From Podarcis melisellensis (Eukaryota): DNA of 64,000 bases. Numbering within the stretch: position 1 is the stretch's first letter; the number at the start of each line of letters is the position of its first letter. A model generated the notes under the pieces. It was given only the letters and a program-made list of their open reading frames with translations. It searched no databases and had not been told where the DNA came from. The stretch lies in assembly GCA_964234715.1 (NCBI GenBank), contig OZ174281.1, one strand, 5' to 3'. Shown here piece by piece: positions 12,153 to 24,089 of this stretch. Both the position numbers and the translations under genes were made by a program.

Positions 12153-12385
12153 AGTAAAAACAACAGTCTTGTAGCACTTTAAAGACTACAGATTTATTAT
12201 GACATTGGTTTTTGTGAACTAGAGTCCATGGACTTTTATGTCATAATAATTTTCAAAGATAATACATTTGTTAGTCTTTAAGACTCATGAAGGAAAAACA
12301 ACAAACATGGCTACCTTTCTGGACAGCTACAGGTAGGTAGCCGTGTTGGTCTGCCGTCGTCGAAACAAAATAAAAAAAATTCCTT
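12153..12385. mobile_element. Older degenerate Penelope-like inverted remnant plus a 57-bp young Penelope terminal fragment (12329-12385)
   Basis: Decayed inverted arms (gcactttaaagacta...tagtctttaag; aacatggctacc). The young fragment matches the reverse complement of 10951-11005 and is flanked by CCTTTCT(G/A)GACAGCT. Confidence 0.65.
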
Positions 12386-14059
12386 CCTTTCTAGACAGCT
12401 TAATGGTTGTTACTGAAAACGGTGAGGATATATAGCCTCTTTCTGTAGTATATTCAAAATAATGATAATACTTTGCACATGTTACGCATAACACTCAGGA
12501 AGAAAACCAACAAACTACCCAAGTATAGTCTCAATGATCAGTGAGCAGAGAAAAGTAAATATTTGTATATTTCAGGTGACATATCAAGAAAAGTATCCAT
12601 TTATGAGTAATGTTTAACTAGTTTCCAATGCTTTGCACTAAAGTCAGACATTGTACTGTTTTATGGTGCATACTTTATTATATAGAATTTTTGCAATGGG
12701 ACCCTATCCAAATTTTAGTCTAAACAGATGGGATCTTGTTGGGGTTCCACATATTTAGTTATTTAGGAGTTTAGTAAACAGTGATTTTATCCAGTCTGTG
12801 ATTGGAACAGATGTGATCTTATCAGGGTTCCACTTTTTTCAGGAGTGTAAAAACGCCATGATTTGCGGTACAGTGCTAGAGTTTACTTTTTGTGTTTTCA
12901 GAATCGAGGTCCTCTTTAGCCAGAATTTGCCCCTGGGTTCTGAAACATCATAATAGGGAGTTAATGTTTTATTCTCTATTAATTCCANNNNNNNNNNNNN
13001 NNNNNNNNNNNNNNNNNNNNNNNNNNNNNNNNNNNNNNNNNNNNNNNNNNNNNNNNNNNNNNNNNNNNNNNNNNNNNNNNNNNNNNNNNNNNNNNNNNNN
13101 NNNNNNNNNNNNNNNNNNNNNNNNNNNNNNNNNNNNNNNNNNNNNNNNNNNNNNNNNNNNNNNNNNNNNNNNNNNTGGTATTAACATCCTCCAAGAAATC
13201 TATCTTTGATTATAATTTGCTGTGATCAGTATTGGATTGAGGGGCAGGAAATTATATGAGCTATATTTGGGATGGCTGCAGCCCACAAATCTTAACCCTT
13301 GTCACAATTTCATTTGTTTAGTGTATAGAACTTCAAAAGTTGTTTATAGCAGCTGTATTGAGAATTTTCCAATTTTGTTTACTGATGACTTAATTTAGCT
13401 AATGTAAGGAGGCAGTTGGAACAGAATTATTTGCATCTGAAATGGTGCAATCAAGGGCTTCTGACTGTCTCATTTACAAAAAAGAGAGAGAGAGAAGAAA
13501 TTATATATGGACAGTGATAGAGTGCTTAATGCAGCTCTAAGTATAAAGTTTTGTCTTAGTCACTGGCTCTTCATATACTTTAAAAGATCATAGCTTCATA
13601 AATTTTTAGACTTTAGATAGTTACTGGGTTTTTTAAACTGATTTTTTATGGTCTCCTTTCAATTATGCATACAAAGCCCCCAGTCTGATCAAATCTACCA
13701 TTGAGTTCCAGTATTCAGAAAATCATTTGAATAATTATTCCTTTGAGTGGTTGAAGTGCCTATCAGTTTGAAGGCAAAAAAGGACCACCTAGACATAAGA
13801 TACTGTTTTCTTCTTGGGGGGTGCCTTAGTTATCTGTTATATAAAATAGCATATAAAGTAAATTAAAAGAAAATGGAATTCTAAAGACAGCAACACCACC
13901 AAAACAATATGACAAGGACCACTGAGCTTCAAGAATATACAGAATGTTCAGGCTTCAGCTGAGGGGAAGAAAAAGGGGAAATGGTGGGAGGGAGAAAGGT
14001 GGGGTTGACTTGCTCAAGCCCTTTACAGCATGTAAAAGTTATATTACACAGGAATTTGT

Positions 14060-14172
14060 TATAAACTGAGTCAGACCATTTGTCCACATAGCTCAATATT
14101 GTCTACAGTGACTGGAAGCAGCTCTCCAGGATTTGAAACAGAGCTCCCTCCCAACCCTACCTTGAGATGCTA
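14060..14172 (-). mobile_element. Squam3-type SINE fragment
   Basis: actgagtcagaccatt...gctcaatattgtctacagtgactgg...ccctaccttgagatgc. Confidence 0.7.
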
Positions 14173-14206
14173 GTGCTAGGGAGTGATTAGAGTTGAGGGG
14201 ATGGAA

Positions 14207-14504
14207 ACTGAGGTCCAGCACCAAGGGTCTTCTGGTGGTTCCCTCACTGTGAGAAGTGAAGTTACAGGGAACGAGGCAGAGGGCCTTCTTGGTCCTGGTG
14301 CCCACCCTGTAGAATGCCCTTCCATCAGATGTCAAAGAAATAAACAACTATCTGATGTCTAGAAGACATCTGAAGGCAGCCCTGTTTAGGCAAGTTTTTA
14401 ATGACTGATGTTTTAATGTATTTTTAATCTTTTGTTGGAAGCCACCAAGAGTGGCTGAGGAAACCCAGCCAGATGGGTGTGTATAAATAATAAATTATTA
14501 TTAT
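14207..14504 (+). mobile_element. L2 LINE 3' end
   Basis: ORF2 C-terminal remnant (..QGTRQRAF...) and a 3' UTR ending TAAATAATAAATTATTATT. Confidence 0.85.
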
Positions 14505-15055
14505 AACTATGAAGTAAAAAACTCCCCTTTCTGCACTATATAGGGATGTTTCAGGAGTAAGAAAATAAAAAGGAACTACTCTCCTATTATGTTGCTATCT
14601 AATGTACAGATTTGACTGTCCCTCACATTATATTTGGTCAGGTGTCAGCTGAAGACCCACCTACTTCTGTAGGCCTCTGAAGCATTGTAATAATGACCCT
14701 GTTTGTTTAACTAAATGCTGTACACTGTTCTTATTGGGTGGTATTCAGCTAAGAAGTAGTTGGAGTATAGTATTGAAATAAATGGACCTAACTTAGTCAT
14801 GTTCTTTAATTTCAATGGATTTATTCAGTGTAATGTACCAACTTTTGCGATTCTATGCTCTGTGTAGAAACAGGTGTGGTGTATAGCAGCAACTTTTATC
14901 AGTTTAGGTTGCTTCCCTTCCTGTGACCCTTTCTGGATATAGGAGATCTTGCCTCAAGTAACCTTTGCCCTGGTTATGTGCAGGCTGAAGGATTAGGTTT
15001 CCTTTGAAGACAGTTTGAAAGCTTCATCAGTGCAGAATGCACCAGCCTAGATGAC

Positions 15056-15205
15056 AGACCCTCCAAGTGTCACTATTTTCCAGGGGCATCCCTGATTTAG
15101 AGAAGCCGTCCTGGTTTCTGATTTGATCCTGGAATGTCCTACTTTTCCTTATGATGTCCCTATTTTCATTGGAGGGTATGGAGTTATCTGACCCCCGAGC
15201 CATCT
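15056..15205. mobile_element. hAT-type non-autonomous DNA transposon fragment
   Basis: CAGACCCTCCAAGTGTC.CTATTTTCCAGGG start with internal GTCCC-like subterminal repeats. Confidence 0.45.
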
Positions 15206-15502
15206 GAACTTACTTAAAAGACCACCTGTGGCCATGCAAAATTGGTTCAGAGATAAGCTTCAGAGGTCCTACTCATGTGCCCTATTGGAGTGTAGGTTAA
15301 ATTGGTTGGCATGAGGGCCATGGCCTCTTCAGTGGTGCCCCCAATAGGATGGAACTCTATGGGAACTACAATGAGACCCATCCTTGCTCTCTTCAGTTGG
15401 GACTTAAACCTTGTTTATGATTGAGGGGGTATTTTTGTGTTCACAGTGTCCTGCTTTTAGTCTATGGTGGATGGCTTATTGAGATGGATGTTTTGATTAT
15501 AT

Positions 15503-15816
15503 TGTTGCATGCCACCCCAATCTCCAAGTGGTGTGAGATTCCAGGAGCTCCAGACACTTATGCAATGTTCAGTTTCCTCAGAATGCTGGACAATGGAGAC
15601 TGGTAGTTAGAAAGATAAAGGCAAGAGTTGAGAGTTGTGTTATGTGAGCTAGAAGCTGGCAGGCTGCAGGCTGGACAACTGAGAGAGCTATGCCTGATTT
15701 CTGTTAGAATTCAACTCTGTGGCTATGGAAGAAGCAAGACCCTTTGGGGGCATTAATGCTGTGAACCTCTCTATCGTAGGCTCAGGTTGTATATATCCGT
15801 GCTGGGTCCAGGAATC
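15503..15816 (+). mobile_element. Partial LTR-like element, same family as 564-1076
   Basis: Shares the segment ACTGGTAGTTAGAAAGA...ATGCCTGATTTCT...TTAATGCTGTGAAC. Confidence 0.65.
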
Positions 15817-17127
15817 AGAAGGGGCTCAGACATATAGCCTACCTCCCCAAACGCATAATAATATTGTTTACTGGTTTGCTGTACTGTTGTATATGCTTTT
15901 AGTTGATTCTATTAGACATTATATGCCTCTTTGAGAAAATATTTTCTTTTGAAAGCTAGCTAATGAATTTACTAAATAATAAAATGAAAGAATTTATGAC
16001 CAGCTCCTTTGTGCCTATAGACAAACTGCCATAGGCTTGCAATCCTAAATGTATATACTCAGATATGTCCCTTTATACTCAGTAGGACTTGAATAACTAA
16101 GCATAGAATTGGTCTGATAGAGGATATTGTTCATTACCTTCTTTATTGTGAACTGTATTGTCAGGCTAGAGTTCAATTTCTAAATTCAAATCATTCTAAA
16201 TGAGAATGATATGGGAAAGGTAACTGTTTTATCATAAGATCATGACAAATTTATATGCAATGGAGTCTCATTTTATGCTGTCAAAGTGGGAAAATAGATC
16301 TAAATTAATTCAGAAGATCAATAGATCTAAATTCATCCAAAAGTGCAGTTTTATGTGATGATGACTACTTGATATAGACAGAGAGAACATTTGGTTGGTT
16401 TCTACAAATCATTTGATATGATCTTTATTAATTCAAAATTCAGTCAGTCTGTATAATCATTGTATGACTTCCCCCTTCATCTGTAAAATGCTATATCACC
16501 ACACACATATTCATTATCAACAATTAACAACAACAAATTAGCTGGCATAGATCCTGAGTTCCCTTTAAATGAGGGTTCTGGTGGGTCCTCCGACTCTCCT
16601 TAGCAGACTTTCAGAGGGCGTAGGGGCTGCAGGGAAAATTGCAATGGGCAGAAACCACCACCCACCTTCTACTAGGGTGAGCATCTTCATGGGCCTACCC
16701 ATTAGGCAAGATGGAGCAACCGCCTCTAGTGGCAGGTTCCACAGGGGCAGCAGTTCCCAATGTAGATCTTCCTTTCCTCCTTGCTCCTGAAGTAAATCTT
16801 CCCTCACACCTTCCCTGGTGGAGAGGGAGCACAATTTTGGGGTCTGTCTAAGGTGCCAGAATGGCCCTGTGTGTCCCATGGGTGGAGTTCCAGTCACAGG
16901 AATTTAGAAACCAGGCCACAGACTTCAGTAATTTATATGCCATCCTTTCCATTTTCAGGACAGCAAGCATAACATCATAAAATGTTTAAAACAGAAAAAA
17001 AGATTTAAAATTATTAATGTTGCATCTAAATTGGTATTCTCAGAGAAAAACATTAGCAGAGGAATAGTAACAAGTAACTAGTAACCAAATTTTACTTTGG
17101 CACATTTAAGTATTCAGATCTCATGTA

Positions 17128-17339
17128 CAGTAGTACCTCTGGTTACGAACTTAATTCGTTCTGGAGGTCCATTCTTAACCTGAAACCGTTCTTAACCTGA
17201 GGTGCCACTTTAGCTAATGGGGCCTCCCACTGCCGCCGTGCCACTGTTCTCATCCTGGGGCAAAGTTCTTAACCCAAGGTACTATTTCTGGGTTAGCAGA
17301 GTCTGTAACCCGAAGTGTTTGTAACCAGAGGTACCACTG
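17128..17339 (+). mobile_element. Tc1/mariner (pogo/Tigger-like) MITE
   Basis: TIRs CAGTAGTACCTCTGGTTAC / GTAACCAGAGGTACCACTG with TA TSDs. Confidence 0.92.
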
Positions 17340-20300
17340 TATTTGAAAGAACTACTGCCATAAATTAATCAGAAAAAAATGTTGTGACAATAACACATTT
17401 GACCATGTTTATTTATTTAGCATTGGGCCTTGGATCTTTTATTCTGAAATAAGAAGGAATTGAAAAACACTAAAGTAAAAGTAGAACAGTGAGACAGTCA
17501 AGACAAAAAAGCATCAGTGAAGGTACCAGTATGTTTGAGCAGAGAGCAATTTTCAAGAAGATCCTGTCATGCTACTGCACTGTTGCAAGTTACTGAGGAA
17601 AGCATGTCATTGTGTTCTAATTTCTCATTTGCCTGGTTTGTATAGTTTGTATTATCATTTGTATCATAATATTTTATTTGTGTAATTTGTATTACAATAT
17701 TAATAGTTTGCTACTTTACCACTTCTAACCAAGTAGATTATAGAAAACCTTTTCCAACCTGTGATAACAGAGGAGGCAAAACTGGACATTAAAGACCACT
17801 CGCTGCCATTATGTTCTTATTAGCCAGGCATTTCTTATCAATGAAATGCTGCAGAACTATNNNNNNNNNNNNNNNNNNNNNNNNNNNNNNNNNNNNNNNN
17901 NNNNNNNNNNNNNNNNNNNNNNNNNNNNNNNNNNNNNNNNNNNNNNNNNNNNNNNNNNNNNNNNNNNNNNNNNNNNNNNNNNNNNNNNNNNNNNNNNNNN
18001 NNNNNNNNNNNNNNNNNNNNNNNNNNNNNNNNNNNNNNNNNNNNNNNNNNNNNNNNNNNNNNNNNNNNNNNNNNNNNNNNNNNNNNNNNNNNNNNNNNNN
18101 NNNNNNNNNNNNNNNNNNNNNNNNNNNNNNNNNNNNNNNNNNNNNNNNNNNNNNNNNNNNNNNNNNNNNNNNNNNNNNNNNNNNNNNNNNNNNNNNNNNN
18201 NNNNNNNNNNNNNNNNNNNNNNNNNNNNNNNNNNNNNNNNNNNNNNNNNNNNNNNNGGGCAGGGAAATGGACAGTTTTTGTAATTTATTCACTGATTTCC
18301 TTAAACGGTGCTGGATTTCCATTTTCTTCCTCCTCTTCTTTTATGAAACCCCTTTATGCCCCAGGATAATGCATTCCCATTGTCCAATAGCTGGAATGAA
18401 GGCAGCACTAAAATTGTAGGAAAGTTGATGCAGAATATAACTGTGTCAGGGTAATTCATATGAACCAGAGAAAATAAGTCAGTGGTCTGGTTTTATTGCA
18501 ACAAGGCAAAACCATGGTTGAGTTTTAACTTTAAAGCACACAAGCATAGCATTGGAAGAGCTTATAAGAATCTCCTAGTGCCATCATCTTGCAATGACCA
18601 TGTTCCCTAGATAGAGATGGTTTATCTCTCATAGATGACAGTTTGTTCTAAAAACATACAGGAAACGTGATTCCAACCAATTTTTTTTTAGGAGAGGGGC
18701 AGGGACTATTTTAGTACTATTTCTAGTTCCTGATATGAATGACTCATTCTCTGTATTCTGTGACCCTTTCTTAGATTGCCTAAGGCTCACCATTAGTCAG
18801 AGGCAGGGCCAGAGATGAGGGACAGCAGGGCCTTTTCATGTATTCAGGTTTTTTCATGATAGTAGTCCACAAACTCCAGTCATACCACAAAAATGGCAGT
18901 TTAAGCACCCAAATGCTGGGAATCTGGAACATTGCAGAGGCAAAACAGTTGGATGTTGTACAGAATCAGTTTATTGCTAGGACCACCTGTGGCCTACCTG
19001 TGGGAGTAATGCTGATTTTATATTTCATTGTGAGTGCTATCTTTTTTTAAAAAAACTAAGTTACTCAGTAAATGAATGGGTGAAATTGTGTGCAGTAGGG
19101 CAGTCTTGTTCATCTGCCCCAAACACCTGGATAGCTAACTATTATGGAGGAAAGATGGACTTGATCCAGTGGCTCTTTTCACTGTTGAAATCCAAATTAG
19201 CCATTGCAATATTAAAGTGTAACTTCAAAATCTGTTTGCAGAACAGCACATAGATGTCATTACGTTATCCAGATTTTCCAGTACTTTCCCAACCTTAAAA
19301 TCACACCATGGGGAAGAGAAATACTTATCTGAGCTAAATCCACCTTCTCTCCACAAGGCACTTACAGTCCTGCATTTTCAGACTATGAAGTCTAATTTTC
19401 TGGAAGGGAGATTTAAGAGAATCCCCAGAGATCAGCACTTCTGCATATGCAGTAGTTCCTGGGTAGAGGACACCATACACTACACTATATGTTAGAATGT
19501 AAACTGTATAAAACACCTAAGCAAAAACTTTTAGAGAAATATTTACCAGTGGTTGCTACCCTCATTGACAAGGACAAGATGAAATATACGTTGTTTGGTG
19601 TCAACAGTTCTGTTAAGCTTAATAGGGCTAAATTCAAAGTGAAGGCTGCTCAAATTAGTCAAGGCCACATAGCCTCTCTCAAGATCTAAGATTCTGTTTT
19701 TTATGTTTGCTTTATTTCCTGTATCAGTCAAGTTTTTTTTATTTTTATGGAGAATTCTTATATATAATTTGTGTTCATATATTTCTGTTTGCCTACAACT
19801 TGTATTTGCTTGCCTTACTAATAACTGAAAGTTTGAGCACCCAAATGGGGCGTACACTCCTGAGTTTTACAAGCACACAGATAAGTGCTGAACAAGAAAA
19901 TTGCAGGTGCCATGTGGCTCACTTACTGTGCAGTTGCACAGGGTGTGACTTCTGGATGCCCCTTAAAATGACAACAGGGGAAGAGGCAGTAATCTCAAGT
20001 GTTATTGCAAAATCAGCTCGTTCTTTCACAAATCTCACAAAGTGAAAGAACATCTCAGTGCAATGTTTTAGCTGTTACTGATTTCTACTTTCATCTCATG
20101 GCTGGATAAAACCTTCTCCCTTAGCCCCAAATGAGGTGACCCCCTCCTAGTGATTGGGATGGAGACACATTGCTTTCCTAGCACTTTCCCCATAGCATCT
20201 GAACTCTAACAATGTATCATTGTATCTACAGTGAATGCACATGTCTACAAGTTGGCCTTATCACAGTAGGAAAGAACTCTTGAAAATTAGTTGAAAAGGA

Positions 20301-20920
20301 ACTAGAAAAAAAGATAACTGTGGAGGAATGAATGCTAGAAATAGACAGCAGAGATGAAAGCAAAGAAGCTCTGGGAGTCCTTGGTGTGGACAAGGAAAAA
20401 TAAGTTCACATCCTCACTCAGACATGACATTTGCTATATGGTCTTGCAGAAGTCTCTAAGTCTCAACCACATTAGTCTCGACTGGAAGTTGTGAGGATAA
20501 AATGTGCACTTCACATGCGAGGCAGGACAGGATACAAGAGGATAGTGGCTCATAAGTTTTTTAAACCAAACACTTTCTCTGCATTCACAATGTTGTGTTA
20601 TCTGTGAGTTGTCTTCCTTTAATGAATCCATTTTGGACTTTTTGATGTAATTATCTACAACTTCGTATAATCTATTTGCCAAGAATGTGGCCAATTTTTA
20701 AAAAAGAACATTTAGTACATTTTAAGAAACATAAGTGTTGCCAAAATATTGTAGTCTTTATTCAATGCTGAGATTGGTCTGTAATATCTGCAACTGTATT
20801 TGGTTTTAAACTTACTATTATTCTTGCATCTCTCTGTGTTTCAGGAAGCTTTTTACTTTGAATTTTCCCCTTTAAATAGTAAAGGAATAATAATTCCTTT
20901 GAAATTGGGGCTATTCAATA

Positions 20921-21078
20921 TGCGCTGCTCTGGTTTGCCAGAAGCGGCTTAGTCATGCTGGCCACATGACCCGGAAGCTGTACGCCAGCTCCCTTGGCCA
21001 ATAAAGCGAGATGAGCGATGCAACACCAGAGCCGGCCATGACTGGACCTAATGGTCAGGGGTCCCTTTACCTTTACCT
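20921..21078 (+). mobile_element. Sauria SINE 3' half
   Basis: Matches 22400-22560; (ACCTTT)n tail. Confidence 0.9.
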
Positions 21079-22200
21079 AATATGGGGCTTATAGAATTTA
21101 GTTGTTAGAATCATAGAATTTTTGAGCTGGAAGGGACCCAAGGGTCATCTATTCCTTCCCCTTTGGGTCCAGGTGTCTTACCTGAGTTAATTGATTTGAC
21201 TGCAATTATAATTATAATTGATCTCTCCTTCATTACATTTATAAACAGTGACATTTCTGTTGCTAGGGTGGTGCTCTCCTCCATTACAACATTGGTTTCC
21301 TACCTTATAACTGAAAGTCAGTAATGTTATTCACTTTGTGTTTATATTATTTAGTTCCTCCCCAACTACCTCATCTGATTGTAAGTTCTGTAAAAACAAT
21401 TAAGCTGCATCTGCAGTTCTAATTATTACTTAATGGGTAATAGCCAGTGTTACTCATACTCAGACTAGGCCCATTGAAATCAATGGACTTTAGTTAGTCA
21501 TGCCACCCTGGTGCATCCTATTTATTTCACAATCAATTAACTTATTCTCTAATAAAGTCAATGTATTATTTTCTGCATCATTAATGACCGTAATTATCTT
21601 CCTCTTAAAAGTTTTAATTTCATTTTCAAATTTATGAAATTCCATTGAAAGTGATTTCCTCATATCTGCAGTGACTATTGGCTTGCCACAATCTGTATCT
21701 TCTTGTGCTTTCTTGTCATATTATTTTTGGAGAAGGTATTGCTGCTTTTACTTCTACTCATTCATTGGATTGTTCTTAAAGATATATTCTAATCAGTAAG
21801 CATTTCCAAAAGAAAGATAATAGGAATAACACTAGAACCATAGGACTGAACCAACTCTAATGTTATCGTAATATATGTTTCATCCTGTATCCAGTCAGAT
21901 TTCAATTAATCTATTCACTTTTCATTGGTTGGCACATGCCAGCTCGAGAGACAATGGTGTGCGCCTCTGAGGGTGAAGTCAGAATTGCTGTGTGAGCAGC
22001 ACCAAAGTGACTGGGCAGTGTGTGTAGCAAATAATTATCAGTTCATTGATTTATTAAAACATTTAGGTAGTCAATTCGATTCATGAATAAACTCATGTTA
22101 TAATCCTCTGTATATTTTTGCCCTCAGATAAACTTACATAACCAGTTCATTGAATAAAAAGGGTCACTATAAGATTTTGTCATCTTTAATTAGGAGATTA

Positions 22201-22559
22201 GGGACGCGGGTGGCGCTGTGGGTTAAACCACAGAGCCTAGGACTTGCCGATCAGAAGGTCAGCGAATTGAATCCCTGCAACAGGGTGAGCTCCCATTGCT
22301 CAGTCCCTGCTCCTGCCAACCTAGTAATTCGAAAGCACATCAAAGTGCAAGTAGATAAATAGGTACCGCTCCAGCAGGAAAGTAAACGGCATTTCCCTGT
22401 GCTGCTCTGGTTCACCAGAAGCAGCTCAGTCATGCTGGCCACATGACCCGGAAGCTGTCTGCGGACATACACCGGCTCCCTCAGCCAATAAAGCGAGATG
22501 AGCGCCGCAACCCCAGAGTCGGTCACAACTGGACCTAATGGTCAGGGGTCCCTTTACCT
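22201..22559 (+). mobile_element. Full-length Sauria SINE (Squam1)
   Basis: tRNA-like head GGGACGCGGGTGGCGCTGTGG, BovB-related 3' end, 15-bp TSD TTTAATTAGGAGATT. Confidence 0.96.
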
Positions 22560-22796
22560 TTTAATTAGGAGATTGAACAAGCAGCTCATTACAGAATTCA
22601 GGTGATCATATGCTCAAAGGTTTAGCAGCAATAGGACTACTCATAAGTGACTCTAAATGGGTTTAGGATTGCAGCAGTATTAAGGTATTCAATGAAATGC
22701 TTAGATAACCAGTTTACTGAGAAATTCAAATAATCAGCTGAGCTGAGGTGATCAGATCATAGCATCAGTAGATAAATGCTATCAGTTAATTAAAGA

Positions 22797-22945
22797 CTGA
22801 GGACGAGATGGTTGGACAGTGTTCTCAAAGCTACCAGCATGAATTTGACTAAACTGCGGGAGGCAGTGGAAGACAGGAGTGCCTGGCGTGCTCTGGTCCA
22901 TGGGGTCACGAAGAGTCGGACACGACTAAACAACAACAACAACAA
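22797..22945 (+). mobile_element. BovB 3' terminal fragment
   Basis: Matches 6265-6409; (CAA)n tail. Confidence 0.92.
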
Positions 22946-23057
22946 AATGTAATGAGAGTTTATTTTCCACTTTGCATTGCACTCTTATGGGTGAAGGAGG
23001 GATTCTAATTCTTTTTAGCAAATGTGAATATGAAACCACAAAGGCTGTGTACACTAG

Positions 23058-23416
23058 GTAAAGGGTAAAAGGTACCCCTGCCCGTACGGGCCAGTCGTGT
23101 CCGACTCTAGGGTTGCGTGCTCATCTCGCTCTAGAGGCCATGGGCTGGCGCCGTACGAAGACACTTTCGGTCACGTGGCCAGCGTGACGAAGCTGCAGCT
23201 GGCGAGCCAGCACCAGCGCAGCACATGGAAACGCCGTTTACCTTCCCGCTATAAAGCGTCCCTATTTATCTACTTGCACTTAAGAGTGCTTTCGAACTGC
23301 TAGGTGGGCAGGAGCTGGGACCGAACGACGGGAGCTCACCCTGCCACGGGGCTTCGAACCGCCGACCATACGATCAGCAAGTCCTAGGCACTGAGGTTTT
23401 ACCCACAGCGCCACCC
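23058..23416 (-). mobile_element. Sauria SINE (second subfamily) nested in a Harbinger-like MITE
   Basis: 14-bp TSD GCTGTGTACACTAG (23044-23057, 23417-23430). Confidence 0.93.
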
Positions 23417-23556
23417 GCTGTGTACACTAGTTTCTACCAAAGAATCCCGAGAACTGCAGTTTGTAAGGGTGCTGGGAATTGTAGCTCTGTGAGGGGTAAT
23501 CTACACTTCCCAGGATTCTTTGGGAGCAGTCAGGTGCTTTAAATGTATGGTGTGTT
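23417..23556. mobile_element. Harbinger-like MITE remnant
   Basis: Internal inverted motif CCAAAGAATCC..GAACTGCAGTTT / CTACACTTCCCAGGATTCTTTGG; related copy at ~26155-26310. Confidence 0.55.
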
Positions 23557-24033
23557 TGCCACCAAACTGTGATCTTGTGTGTGCCGTACAGAAAGCCTAT
23601 CACAAACCGTATCACTGTATCAAACTCTATGTAAAAGTTTTTTCTTCATCCTGAGATCTACCTAATATTGTTAGACCTATTTAAATAGAGAGTATATCAG
23701 CACTGTTTAATTTTGTTTCATAAGCAACTTTATGGACAAATTCTGTGCTAATCTTTCATGATGATAGTACATCAATGATTGCAATAATTTGTGGAACAAA
23801 TGTTAAAACCATTAATAAAGTTGTGCATACCATCTCAATTATGTGAACATAAATTAGCTGGATATGCAAAAAGCGCAAAGCAAAAACCTTAACAGGTGTT
23901 TCAGACATTGGTTTTTATATTTTAGCCTTCCATTTGAAAAAAGATAAAAACCAGAGAACAGATTACACCTTGAATATGTAGTAGTTAAGAGCTCTGAAGT
24001 GTAAATAGATACAAAGTTGTTCTAGTACTGCTC

Positions 24034-24089
24034 TGTGTGGTGTGTGTACGTGTGTGTGTGTGTGTGTGTGCACATGTGTGTGTGTGTGT
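24034..24089. repeat. Interrupted (TG)n microsatellite
   Basis: Directly visible. Confidence 0.95.

Noticed and set aside
12722-12865. Diverged ~80-bp direct repeat (AACAGATG.GATCTT...GGGTTCCAC)
   Set aside because: Only two degenerate units; not a CRISPR-like or regular array, and the context is eukaryotic.
22201-22280. tRNA-like A/B boxes in SINE heads (also 6020-6081, 35055, 45819, 47588)
   Set aside because: They are SINE promoters without a cloverleaf, not tRNA genes.
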